A stretch of 64,000 nt of DNA from Pyrinomonadaceae bacterium. Its GTDB lineage: Bacteria > Acidobacteriota > Blastocatellia > Pyrinomonadales > Pyrinomonadaceae. Positions 56,487 through 64,000 of the stretch are shown here, piece after piece. The stretch covers positions 10,384 through 74,383 of the forward strand of contig DATIBJ010000063.1 of assembly GCA_035457565.1 (NCBI GenBank). Direction: 5' to 3'. Each line of letters begins with the position of its first letter. The first letter of the stretch is position 1. The position numbers and the translations under genes were made by a program. The notes beneath the pieces are model-generated. The model worked only from the letters and a program-made list of their open reading frames with translations, was not told the DNA's origin and searched no databases.

Positions 56487-57332
56487 TTATCCAACCAGCT
56501 TCGCAAACGCGCTGCGCAGTGTCCCAACCAAATTGCCGGTTTCTACGTTATACCGACGGAAATCAAATGTCGTTACCTGCGCCACTCCCAAACCTGACGA
56601 GGTAAGAAAGATCTCATCGGCTTCTGTCAGATCGGGCATTTCATAAATTCCTTCTACAACCGGGATGAAATGTTTGTTAGCGATATCGATCACACACTCT
56701 CGTGTGACACCAGCCATCGCACCAGTGCTGAGCGCCGGCGTATGGATTGTCCCATTCGTGACCCAGAAAATATTCGCGAGCGTTGCGGAAACAATTTCCC
56801 CTCGCTCGTTCAACATCACCGCTTCGTCGAAATCACGCGTCTGCGCCTCTTCCCAGGAAAGTACATGGTCCAGATAATTAAGACTCTTGATGCCGGTCGT
56901 GGGCGAGAACGTGCTCACACGATATGGCGACACCGCCAGCGCCAATCCGCTTGCAGATTTCTTGTGGGGCTCGCCGGTCATGATTATGAGGTCCGTGTTT
57001 TTTGAACTTGTGGTTTTAGTTTTCCAAACGTCACGACCACTGCGCGCCAGTAGGATCACGCGCGCGCGTCCGTCATGAAGCTGATTCACGGCGATCAGTT
57101 TGCGCAGTGCATCACCGACATTCTTTTCAGTGAGGCCCGTTAGATCAACGGCGAGTTTAGCGGCGTGGGCTGATAGACGTTCCCAATGCTTGGGCCAAAG
57201 AAACGGCTGTGAGTTGTAGACGGCTAGGGTGGTGAACACTCCGCGGCCGTAGAGCATCGCAGAAGAGACGGGAGCGACCCGCGCCTTCGTTGCCTCGACC
57301 ATCGTTCTGTTGAGATAGATGACCGGATGCAT
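56487..57332 (-). CDS. Class IV aminotransferase (branched-chain aminotransferase / aminodeoxychorismate lyase-like)
   Basis: Start taken at ATG 57332 (MHPVIYLNRTMVEA). YGRGVFTT, fold-type IV pattern (NIFWVTNGTIHTP, GVTRECVI, EIFLTSS). The upstream 19 codons of the tracked ORF are repeat sequence. Confidence 0.8.
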   Translation of the reverse strand: MHPVIYLNRTMVEATKARVAPVSSAMLYGRGVFTTLAVYNSQPFLWPKHWERLSAHAAKLAVDLTGLTEKNVGDALRKLIAVNQLHDGRARVILLARSGRDVWKTKTTSSKNTDLIIMTGEPHKKSASGLALAVSPYRVSTFSPTTGIKSLNYLDHVLSWEEAQTRDFDEAVMLNERGEIVSATLANIFWVTNGTIHTPALSTGAMAGVTRECVIDIANKHFIPVVEGIYEMPDLTEADEIFLTSSGLGVAQVTTFDFRRYNVETGNLVGTLRSAFAKLVG

Positions 57333-57334
57333 AT

Positions 57335-57463
57335 GATGTTCGATAAACTTCAGTTTGTCGTCAACGCACGGTCGCTCAACTGCTTTCAAGAATCTGGCGA
57401 GCGATTACTGAAAGAACTTGAGCATAGTGTACGTTGACGACAAACTGAAGTTTATCGAACATC
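57335..57463. repeat. Perfect 32-bp inverted repeat GATGTTCGATAAACTTCAGTTTGTCGTCAACG with 65-nt loop
   Basis: 57335-57366 is the exact reverse complement of 57432-57463. The right arm begins at the purL stop codon. An 18-nt half copy lies at 15149-15166. Confidence 0.95.
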
Positions 57464-59720
57464 ATTCCATGCCGGCGGCGATCGCTTCAGCTTCGAGCTT
57501 GTGCGACAGCGCAGTGCGCCAGGCAGTTTCTAATTCCGAGACTTCAAGCGCGATTAGTTCGTCGGCGTTGACGGAGATACGTAAGATAGTTCCGGTTACG
57601 CGACCGATCACGGCGACCGGCGTATTGTTCCTACCGGCAATGCTTTCCAACTCCACAAGGTTCGCCGTGTCGACGCTTACGATTATTCTGGAAGGTGATT
57701 CGCTGAACAGTGTGACGACCGAAGATAAAGGGCTCTCGAGTTTAATATGAGCACCTATTGAGGATCGACCGAGTGTTGAAAAACAACTCTCCGCGAGTGC
57801 AACGGCCAAGCCTCCGTCAGAACAATCATGCGCTGACTGCAACAACCCTGCTTCTGCGGCTTCGATACACGTCCGCTGAACGCTCAATTCGCGATTGAGA
57901 TCGAGTTTGGGAACCGGAGCGCCTGCAGCGTGACCTTCAGCGCAAACGGCAGCATATTCACTGAGCGAGAGATCGTTTTCGGTAGTGCCAATGAGAACTA
58001 CAATATCGCCCTCTTTTTTGAAACCCGGTTGCACGACGCGCCGCACGTCTTCAATCAACCCAACCATGCCGATGACGGGTGTCGGAAGAATGCCGCGACC
58101 TTCAGTCTCGTTGTAGAAGGAGACGTTACCCGAAACCACTGGCGTTCCCAACGCACGACACGCTTCGGCCATTCCATCAACCACCTCCGAGAACGACCAC
58201 ATCACTTCGGGTTTTTCCGGCGAAGCGAAATTCAGACAGTTGGTAATCGCAACCGGTCTGGCTCCAACGCACACGACATTTCTCGCCGCTTCCGCCATCA
58301 CTAGTTTCGCACCCTCCCGTGGATTGGCAGCGCAATAGCGGCCATTGCCGTCAAGCGTCATCGCCAGGGCGCGTCGAGTTTCCTTGATCCTTACAACCGC
58401 AGCGTCCGCGCCCGGAAGTATCGCCGTGTTGGTTCTTACCATGTGGTCATACTGGCGGTAGACCCATTGCTTCGAAGCGATGTTTCCCGATGCCAACAGC
58501 TTCAGCAGATCAGCCGTCTGATTTGTTTTTTGATCTTCGAACTTTGGACTTTGGACTTTGGACTTTGGACTTTGGACGAACGGTTTCATCGGTCGGTCGT
58601 ATCGCGGTGCTTCGTCCGTAAGTGCCGCAACTGGAATGTCAGCGACTTTTGCACCGTCGTGAATAACCTGCATTCGACTGGTGTCGCGCACGCGACCGAT
58701 CACTACTGCATCGAGATCCCACTTGCGAAAGATGTCCATAACCTCTCGCTCGCGTCCGGAGTGAGCGACGATCAGCATTCGCTCCTGCGATTCAGAGAGC
58801 AGCATTTCGTACGCTGTCATTCCCTCTTCTCGCTGCGGCACTAAGGAGAGATCGAGTTCGATTCCCGTCCCTGCGCGTGACGCCATTTCACAGGATGAAG
58901 AGGTTAGACCTGCGGCACCCATATCCTGAATACCAGCGACAGCACCGCTTCGCATGGCCTCGAGACACGCTTCCAGCAAAAGCTTTTCGAGAAACGGGTC
59001 TCCAACCTGTACTGTTGGTCGCTTCTCGAGGGCTTCGTCATCAAACTCAGCTGACGCCATCGTCGCTCCGTGAATACCGTCGCGGCCCGTTTTTGCTCCT
59101 ACATACAAAACAGGATTGCCGATGCCCGTCGCTTTGCCAAAGAAGATTTGATCGTGACGGACAAGACCGAGAGCAAAAGCATTGACGAGGGGGTTCAGAG
59201 CGTACGCATCATCAAATGCAACTTCTCCACCTACCGTTGGGACGCCGAACGCGTTCCCGTAATGCGCAATGCCCGCAACAACACCAGCAAGCAACGACCG
59301 ATTGCGACGACCATTGTGCGCATTGTCGAGTGACCCGAAACGCAGGCTATTCATCGCCGCGACGGGGCGCGCGCCCATCGTGAAGATGTCGCGAAGAATA
59401 CCGCCGACGCCCGTCGCCGCGCCTTGAAACGGTTCGATGAAGGAAGGGTGATTGTGCGACTCGATCTTGAAAGCAGCACACCAGCCATCACCTAAGTCGA
59501 TCACGCCGGCGTTCTCGCCTGGCGGCACAATGACCCGTTCTCCTGTCGTGGGCAGTCGCTTCAAATGCACACGCGATGACTTGTACGAACAATGCTCCGA
59601 CCACATCACGGAAAAGATGCCGAGCTCAACGAGCGTAGGTTCTCGACCCAGCAGCTCTTTTATTCGTTGATATTCTTCCTGAGTGAGGTTGTGAGCAGAG
59701 ATTACGTCTGGAGTGATCAT
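57462..59720 (-). CDS. purL: Phosphoribosylformylglycinamidine synthase subunit PurL
   Basis: 752 aa. [30 protein letters not shown], duplicated PurM-like domains. Confidence 0.97.
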   Translation of the reverse strand: MITPDVISAHNLTQEEYQRIKELLGREPTLVELGIFSVMWSEHCSYKSSRVHLKRLPTTGERVIVPPGENAGVIDLGDGWCAAFKIESHNHPSFIEPFQGAATGVGGILRDIFTMGARPVAAMNSLRFGSLDNAHNGRRNRSLLAGVVAGIAHYGNAFGVPTVGGEVAFDDAYALNPLVNAFALGLVRHDQIFFGKATGIGNPVLYVGAKTGRDGIHGATMASAEFDDEALEKRPTVQVGDPFLEKLLLEACLEAMRSGAVAGIQDMGAAGLTSSSCEMASRAGTGIELDLSLVPQREEGMTAYEMLLSESQERMLIVAHSGREREVMDIFRKWDLDAVVIGRVRDTSRMQVIHDGAKVADIPVAALTDEAPRYDRPMKPFVQSPKSKVQSPKFEDQKTNQTADLLKLLASGNIASKQWVYRQYDHMVRTNTAILPGADAAVVRIKETRRALAMTLDGNGRYCAANPREGAKLVMAEAARNVVCVGARPVAITNCLNFASPEKPEVMWSFSEVVDGMAEACRALGTPVVSGNVSFYNETEGRGILPTPVIGMVGLIEDVRRVVQPGFKKEGDIVVLIGTTENDLSLSEYAAVCAEGHAAGAPVPKLDLNRELSVQRTCIEAAEAGLLQSAHDCSDGGLAVALAESCFSTLGRSSIGAHIKLESPLSSVVTLFSESPSRIIVSVDTANLVELESIAGRNNTPVAVIGRVTGTILRISVNADELIALEVSELETAWRTALSHKLEAEAIAAGME
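58541..58577. repeat. Five tandem ACTTTGG heptamers inside the purL coding sequence
   Basis: (actttgg)x5 on the plus strand. On the coding strand it reads gtccaaa... and encodes [13 protein letters not shown]. Confidence 0.95.
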
Positions 59721-59727
59721 GCTGCCT

Positions 59728-60312
59728 TTAGTTTCGCGCGCCGATGACCTTGTCGATTGCCGACCTCAATTCGCCGGGATTAACGCGGCCGAAATGTTTG
59801 TAAGCAACTTGCCCGTTCGTCGTGTACAGAATCGTAGCGGGCAGATCGCCTTGCCAGGTCGGATCCACCGCTTTGATAAGCGGATCAGGATCAGGCACGT
59901 TCAATAGATAAGCGGGCATCGTTGCTTTCATCTTCTGAAGAAACTCAGGCACGGTTGTTTTGATGTCAGGCACATCATCAAGCGAAACAGTGACGAAGTC
60001 TAATCCGAGTTTTCTGTAGTCGGCGTCGATCTTTACAAGATCAGGGAACTCGTCGCGGCAGGGATCGCACCAGGTGGCCCAGAAGTTAACCAGGAGTGGC
60101 TTCTCTGATTGTCGGTTTAGTAAGGCGACGAGTGCGTCGGTCTTGATTTCAGTAACAACTGGTGAGCGGACGGCAGCAACTTTCGACTTCGCGGGCCGGC
60201 GAGTTCTTTTCTGCGCCGGCGCCGCGAGGCTCGAAAGCAAAATGCTCAAGCCAACTGAGACAACTAGCAGTGCTCGAGTCAACACAATCGTTAACCGCGT
60301 TTGATAGTGCAC
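59728..60312 (-). CDS. TlpA/ResA-like thiol-disulfide oxidoreductase (membrane-anchored or secreted)
   Basis: 194 aa with signal/anchor. Thioredoxin motif FWATWCDPC. Confidence 0.85.
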   Translation of the reverse strand: MHYQTRLTIVLTRALLVVSVGLSILLSSLAAPAQKRTRRPAKSKVAAVRSPVVTEIKTDALVALLNRQSEKPLLVNFWATWCDPCRDEFPDLVKIDADYRKLGLDFVTVSLDDVPDIKTTVPEFLQKMKATMPAYLLNVPDPDPLIKAVDPTWQGDLPATILYTTNGQVAYKHFGRVNPGELRSAIDKVIGARN

Positions 60313-60899
60313 CCGAAAGAGGTGGCGTTCGTCTTTTCCACGGGCTTGCCGGAAAGAACCAGATTCAACGCGTCGCGCAACTCGCTTGAATTCACACCCG
60401 CAGGATCTTTGCTGTTATCGATACGGCCGTGATAGAGCAGCTTGTTGTTAGCATCGAGGAAGTAAGCCTCCGGAGTTACTTTCGCTCCGAGACGATCCGC
60501 GATCTTATTGCCTGGATCCTTCAGAATCACGAAGCTGAGTTTATTCTGGGCAGCATGCGCCTTCACCGCGCCGGCATCTTCCGTCGCGTTCGCGTTAATG
60601 CCGATTACGTTGATGCCTTTCGCTTTGAAGTCCTGTGCGAGTTGTTCCATCCGCTCATTGTAGGCGTTGGACACGGGGCATTGGACTGCGATGAACAGAA
60701 TCACAGATCCGTTTTTGCCTTTGAGCGACGCAAGCGTTCGGTTTGTGCCGTCAACATCGGGAAGCGTGAAATCCTCAATCGTGCTGCCGATGGCAGCTGG
60801 TGCTGGAATATCACCGTCGATACTTCTTCCGCTTCCAGCAATAACGAAGGCCGATAGCAATAAAGCCGCCGGCAGAATCAGTGCAAGTCGCTTCTTCAT
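60291..60899 (-). CDS. Secreted redoxin/AhpC-TSA-fold protein (single Cys, CPVS)
   Basis: Start taken at ATG 60899 (MKKRLALILPAALLLSAFV) after a GGAG RBS. VILFIAVQCPVSNAY. Confidence 0.75.
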   Translation of the reverse strand: MKKRLALILPAALLLSAFVIAGSGRSIDGDIPAPAAIGSTIEDFTLPDVDGTNRTLASLKGKNGSVILFIAVQCPVSNAYNERMEQLAQDFKAKGINVIGINANATEDAGAVKAHAAQNKLSFVILKDPGNKIADRLGAKVTPEAYFLDANNKLLYHGRIDNSKDPAGVNSSELRDALNLVLSGKPVEKTNATSFGCTIKRG

Positions 60900-60977
60900 A
60901 CAATCTCCTTTCACGCATGGAAAAGTGGAAGGCAAAGATTAGCAGCCCGCACAGGCCGGAGCAAGCGACGCTTTAAG

Positions 60978-61115
60978 CATTGCCGATTTTTGATTGCCGA
61001 TTGCTGATTTGAGTTGGTTGAGACTGTTAGTTCTGCTGGGAAGCTCAATTCAACAGTAACGACAGACTTTGAGTTTAAGGAACAATCGGCAGTCGGCAAT
61101 CAGAAATCGGCAATG
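60978..61115. repeat. Inverted repeat of ATTGCCG-type words with about 70-nt spacer
   Basis: cattgccgatttttgattgccgattgctgatt faces aatcggcagtcggcaatcagaaatcggcaatg, in a divergent promoter region. Confidence 0.85.
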
Positions 61116-61160
61116 GTTTTGGTTGACACAAACCTCTGAAATCCACCATCTTTAAATCGC

Positions 61161-62369
61161 ATGTCAGAACTGATTACTGCTACTGAGCCAACCGATTTAA
61201 TCAAGCACCAAGAGAAACCCTCCGCCGGCAGTCAGCTTGATCAAGCGCTACCAACTCCGGTGAGAATGGATGCTGATGAGCGATACACCGGTCGCGGCGT
61301 AACTATCGCTTTTCTCGATTCTGGTTTCTACGCCCACAGCGATCTGCTTGAACCCGTCAATCGCATTCTCGCTTATCACAGCATCTTTAGTGCTGAAGAC
61401 GATCCAACATTCCTACAAACTCCTGATGTCGCGAGTTGGCATGGCATGATGACTTCAGTTGTCGCCGCCGGGAACGGCTACTTGTCGAACGGACTTTATC
61501 GCGGCATTGCACCTGAAGCAGATGTTGTGCTGGTGAAGATTGGCAAGAGCGGACGCATCCCGGAAAAGAACATCGAATCCGGACTCGAATGGGTGCTGAG
61601 GAATCGCACCAGGTTTGACATACGCGTTGTGAATATTTCGGCGGGAGGCGACTTCGAGCAGACGTATCTGAAGAATCCCTTGTGTCAGATGGTTGAAGAA
61701 GCCGTTGGCCTGGGTCTGGTGGTAGTTTGTGCCGTTGGTAATGCGGGGCTGGCCCCCGGACATCCAGTATTACCGCCCGCTAGTTCGCCATCGGCGATTT
61801 CGGTCGGCGGACTCGACGATCAGAACTCTCTAGATCGAGCACGCAGAGGAATGTATCGCTCGTCGTATGGGCCAACCGTCGACGGCCTACAAAAACCTGA
61901 AGTGATCGCTCCCGGGATCTGGGTGGCGGCGCCTATCTTGCCGAACACACCAACAGCCGATCAGGCACATCTGTATGCCGAACTCGACTCTTCTACAGAT
62001 GACGCACTACGAGAAATCATTCAGCAGCACAAAGGCGTGGACCAGGTGCTTGATGAAGCGTGCGACTTGCCCATTCCGATGTTGCGGCAATTGATCAGCA
62101 TTAAACTACAAGAAGGAAACGTTATTAACCATCATTACAAGTTTGTCGACGGCACTTCCTTCGCTGCTCCAATCGTCTCTTCCATCATCGCCTGCATGTT
62201 GCAAGCGAACCCAGCTTTGACCCCGCAGCAGGTTAAGAGGATCTTGATCGATACAGCAGAGCGCGTCGCTGGCGTCGAAGTTGATCGGCAAGGATGGGGC
62301 GTGGTGGCCCCACGCAAAGCAGTTGAGATAGCCGAAGCAACGGCCGCACGTGTCCCTCCGGGGACTTGA
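61161..62369 (+). CDS. S8-family (subtilisin-like) serine peptidase, no obvious signal peptide
   Basis: 402 aa. Catalytic triad contexts IAFLDSGF, HGMMTSVVAAGNG, GTSFAAPIVSS. Confidence 0.9.
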   Translation: MSELITATEPTDLIKHQEKPSAGSQLDQALPTPVRMDADERYTGRGVTIAFLDSGFYAHSDLLEPVNRILAYHSIFSAEDDPTFLQTPDVASWHGMMTSVVAAGNGYLSNGLYRGIAPEADVVLVKIGKSGRIPEKNIESGLEWVLRNRTRFDIRVVNISAGGDFEQTYLKNPLCQMVEEAVGLGLVVVCAVGNAGLAPGHPVLPPASSPSAISVGGLDDQNSLDRARRGMYRSSYGPTVDGLQKPEVIAPGIWVAAPILPNTPTADQAHLYAELDSSTDDALREIIQQHKGVDQVLDEACDLPIPMLRQLISIKLQEGNVINHHYKFVDGTSFAAPIVSSIIACMLQANPALTPQQVKRILIDTAERVAGVEVDRQGWGVVAPRKAVEIAEATAARVPPGT

Positions 62370-62406
62370 GCGCGCGAAATGACAGCTCGTCGGATAAAAG
62401 TCCAAA

Positions 62407-62511
62407 ATCCACTGATGCAGTCGGTGGATAGTCAATACTGGACCTACTGAACTCATGTTCCCTTCATTGAGAGAATAAGTATGAAGCATCCACCGACTGC
62501 GTCGGTGGGAT
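62407..62511. repeat. Second CCACCGAC-hairpin pair element
   Basis: atccactgatgcagtcggtggat at 62407-62429 and atccaccgactgcgtcggtgggat at 62488-62511. Same hairpin type as 24891-25032. Confidence 0.8.
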
Positions 62512-62609
62512 TCCCGGTTGGGTCGCTGGACACTTTCAGCGAGCGTGTGACACAATCCGCTCAACCCAAGAAACATTCTGGAAATTAGAAGGAGAGTTCT
62601 AGAAGCTCT

Positions 62610-62858
62610 ATGTCTGAAAATGAAGCAGCAGTTAGTGGTGCCGCCGCGGATGCGTCCCCTACGGAACCGGCGGCGAGCACCGAGGAGATTACATATCACG
62701 CAGTCGAAAAAGATGGAGTGGTGACAGCCATTTGGGAAATGCAGGGACGAAAGCACCTGCGAACAATCGACCCACGCTCACGACAGGGACAAGACATCCT
62801 CCGACTTTACACAACTGAGCATCACGACGAAGTAACTGGTGATGCAGCGACGTCATGA
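62610..62858 (+). CDS. Hypothetical small protein
   Basis: 82 aa with a GGAGAG RBS-like sequence about 15 nt upstream. No family recognised. Confidence 0.4.
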   Translation: MSENEAAVSGAAADASPTEPAASTEEITYHAVEKDGVVTAIWEMQGRKHLRTIDPRSRQGQDILRLYTTEHHDEVTGDAATS

Positions 62859-62859
62859 A

Positions 62860-62937
62860 GTTTGGTTGGCCCTGGGCCTTTGGTCTTTGGCCTTGGGCGA
62901 AGCCAGGCACACCAAAGACCTGAGACCAAAGACCCTC
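62860..62937. repeat. Hairpin of CTTTGGN words
   Basis: gtttggttggccctgggcctttggtctttggccttgggcg faces caccaaagacctgagaccaaagaccctc, between convergent stops. Confidence 0.85.
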
Positions 62938-63883
62938 ACGTCACCAAATTCCTCGGCTGACCTCTTACAAAAGCCTCTAAATTATCGATCACTTGATCGG
63001 CGAGCGCTTGCATTGCTTCGTGGCTGGCCCATCCGACGTGCGGAGTCACAATCAGATTCGGCACCGTCTCTTCCAGCAGCACATTCGACTCAATAGGCGG
63101 CTCCACACGTAACACATCGATCGCTGCACCACCGATGGTTCCTTCCTTGAGCGCTTCAACCAAAGCGGCTTCATCGACGAGCGCACCACGCGCAGTGTTA
63201 ACGAGGATTGAGGTAGGCTTCATCAACTCCAGCTCGGTAGCACCAATTAAGTTTCGCGTCGCGTCAGTTAACGGACAATGCAACGACAGCACGTCGCTCC
63301 GACGTAGAACGTCTACAAACGAGGCACGACCGTCACGAATAATCGCTACATCCTTGCGTTCTGCAACCAATACACTCATTCCGACAGCTTGTGCGAGGTT
63401 GGCGGTGGCTTTTCCAAGCGCGCCGTAACCTACGATCCCAATGGTCGAGCCACTAAGATCATTAATTGGATGGCTCAGCAAGCAAAACTGCTTAGCCCGC
63501 TGCCAGTCTCCACGCACCAAATCGTCACGATAGGCGATCAGATTTCGTCGCAGCGCGAAGATCAGAGTCAACACATGCTCAGGCAACGACGTGGTTGCAT
63601 AGTTACGCCCATTGCACACTGCGATGCTGTGCGATTTACAGAACTCGAGGTCGATGTTATCGACACCGGTTGCGGCAACCGCAATCAATCGCAGTGATGG
63701 TAATTGCGATAGCACATCAGCGCGGAGTGGCAACTTGTTGCAGATCGCTATCGTCGCGTGTCGCAGACGCTCGACTATCTCGGTGGGCTGGGTGACCTCA
63801 TAATCGACCCAGGCATGTTCGAAACGAGGTCGTCGGAAGGCGACGGCAAAGGTACTTCGTTCGAGGAAGACTATTTGTTCCAT
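62936..63883 (-). CDS. D-isomer-specific 2-hydroxyacid dehydrogenase (glycerate/hydroxypyruvate reductase-like)
   Basis: 315 aa. NAD fold GIVGYGALGKATA. Catalytic region NTARGALVDE and TPHVGWAS. Confidence 0.9.
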   Translation of the reverse strand: MEQIVFLERSTFAVAFRRPRFEHAWVDYEVTQPTEIVERLRHATIAICNKLPLRADVLSQLPSLRLIAVAATGVDNIDLEFCKSHSIAVCNGRNYATTSLPEHVLTLIFALRRNLIAYRDDLVRGDWQRAKQFCLLSHPINDLSGSTIGIVGYGALGKATANLAQAVGMSVLVAERKDVAIIRDGRASFVDVLRRSDVLSLHCPLTDATRNLIGATELELMKPTSILVNTARGALVDEAALVEALKEGTIGGAAIDVLRVEPPIESNVLLEETVPNLIVTPHVGWASHEAMQALADQVIDNLEAFVRGQPRNLVT

Positions 63884-64000
63884 GCTTTACCAGACATTCT
63901 GAATTTTAGGATTTCACTCCGTCTTTCCGTTCATCCATCAGATTAAATCCATAGATTGAATCACGTTTAAGTTTTTAGTCCGATTCGCCTGCTCGCGTCG

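Overview
64-kb chromosomal window with moderate GC (not computed). Gene content looks like an Acidobacteriota-type soil bacterium; this is an inference from an acidobacterial-style VWFA protein, a tricorn-type protease and many secreted amidohydrolases, with no database search possible. I can support about 50 protein genes and one tRNA-Arg(ACG). Most are housekeeping: lepA, an NtrC-type two-component pair, a translationally coupled cupin/PLP-decarboxylase/IMPase operon, an aldo-keto reductase, a DNA-end-processing block (OB-fold+PolB-like exonuclease, rmuC, addB, addA), bcp-yggX, three amidohydrolase paralogs plus a tricorn-like protease, mgtE, ppdK, hemN-hemH-hemY, feoAB plus a small Cys-rich partner, purL, thiol-disulfide oxidoreductases, an S8 peptidase and a 2-hydroxyacid dehydrogenase. 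The unusual content is non-coding. (1) An IS200-like/RAYT-type Y1 transposase gene sits between inverted tandem arrays of an 83-bp REP-containing unit. (2) About 25 intergenic gaps carry long hairpins or arrays built from short tandem words of 6-9 nt (ATTGCCG, TGATGAT/CAATCTT, GGGGAAA, CTTTGGN, ACACAGATT, GTCATTTG, CAGGAG). Their arms often touch or overlap stop codons, and one heptamer array lies in frame inside purL. (3) There are several families of unique-sequence palindromic elements: AGAACGGGAGCGAAGCGACCG, CCACCGAC hairpin pairs and TGATGTTCGATAAACTTCA. (4) A dispersed repeat of about 100 bp occurs twice. No CRISPR array, rRNA or prophage was seen. All family calls rest on motifs read by eye from the supplied translations.
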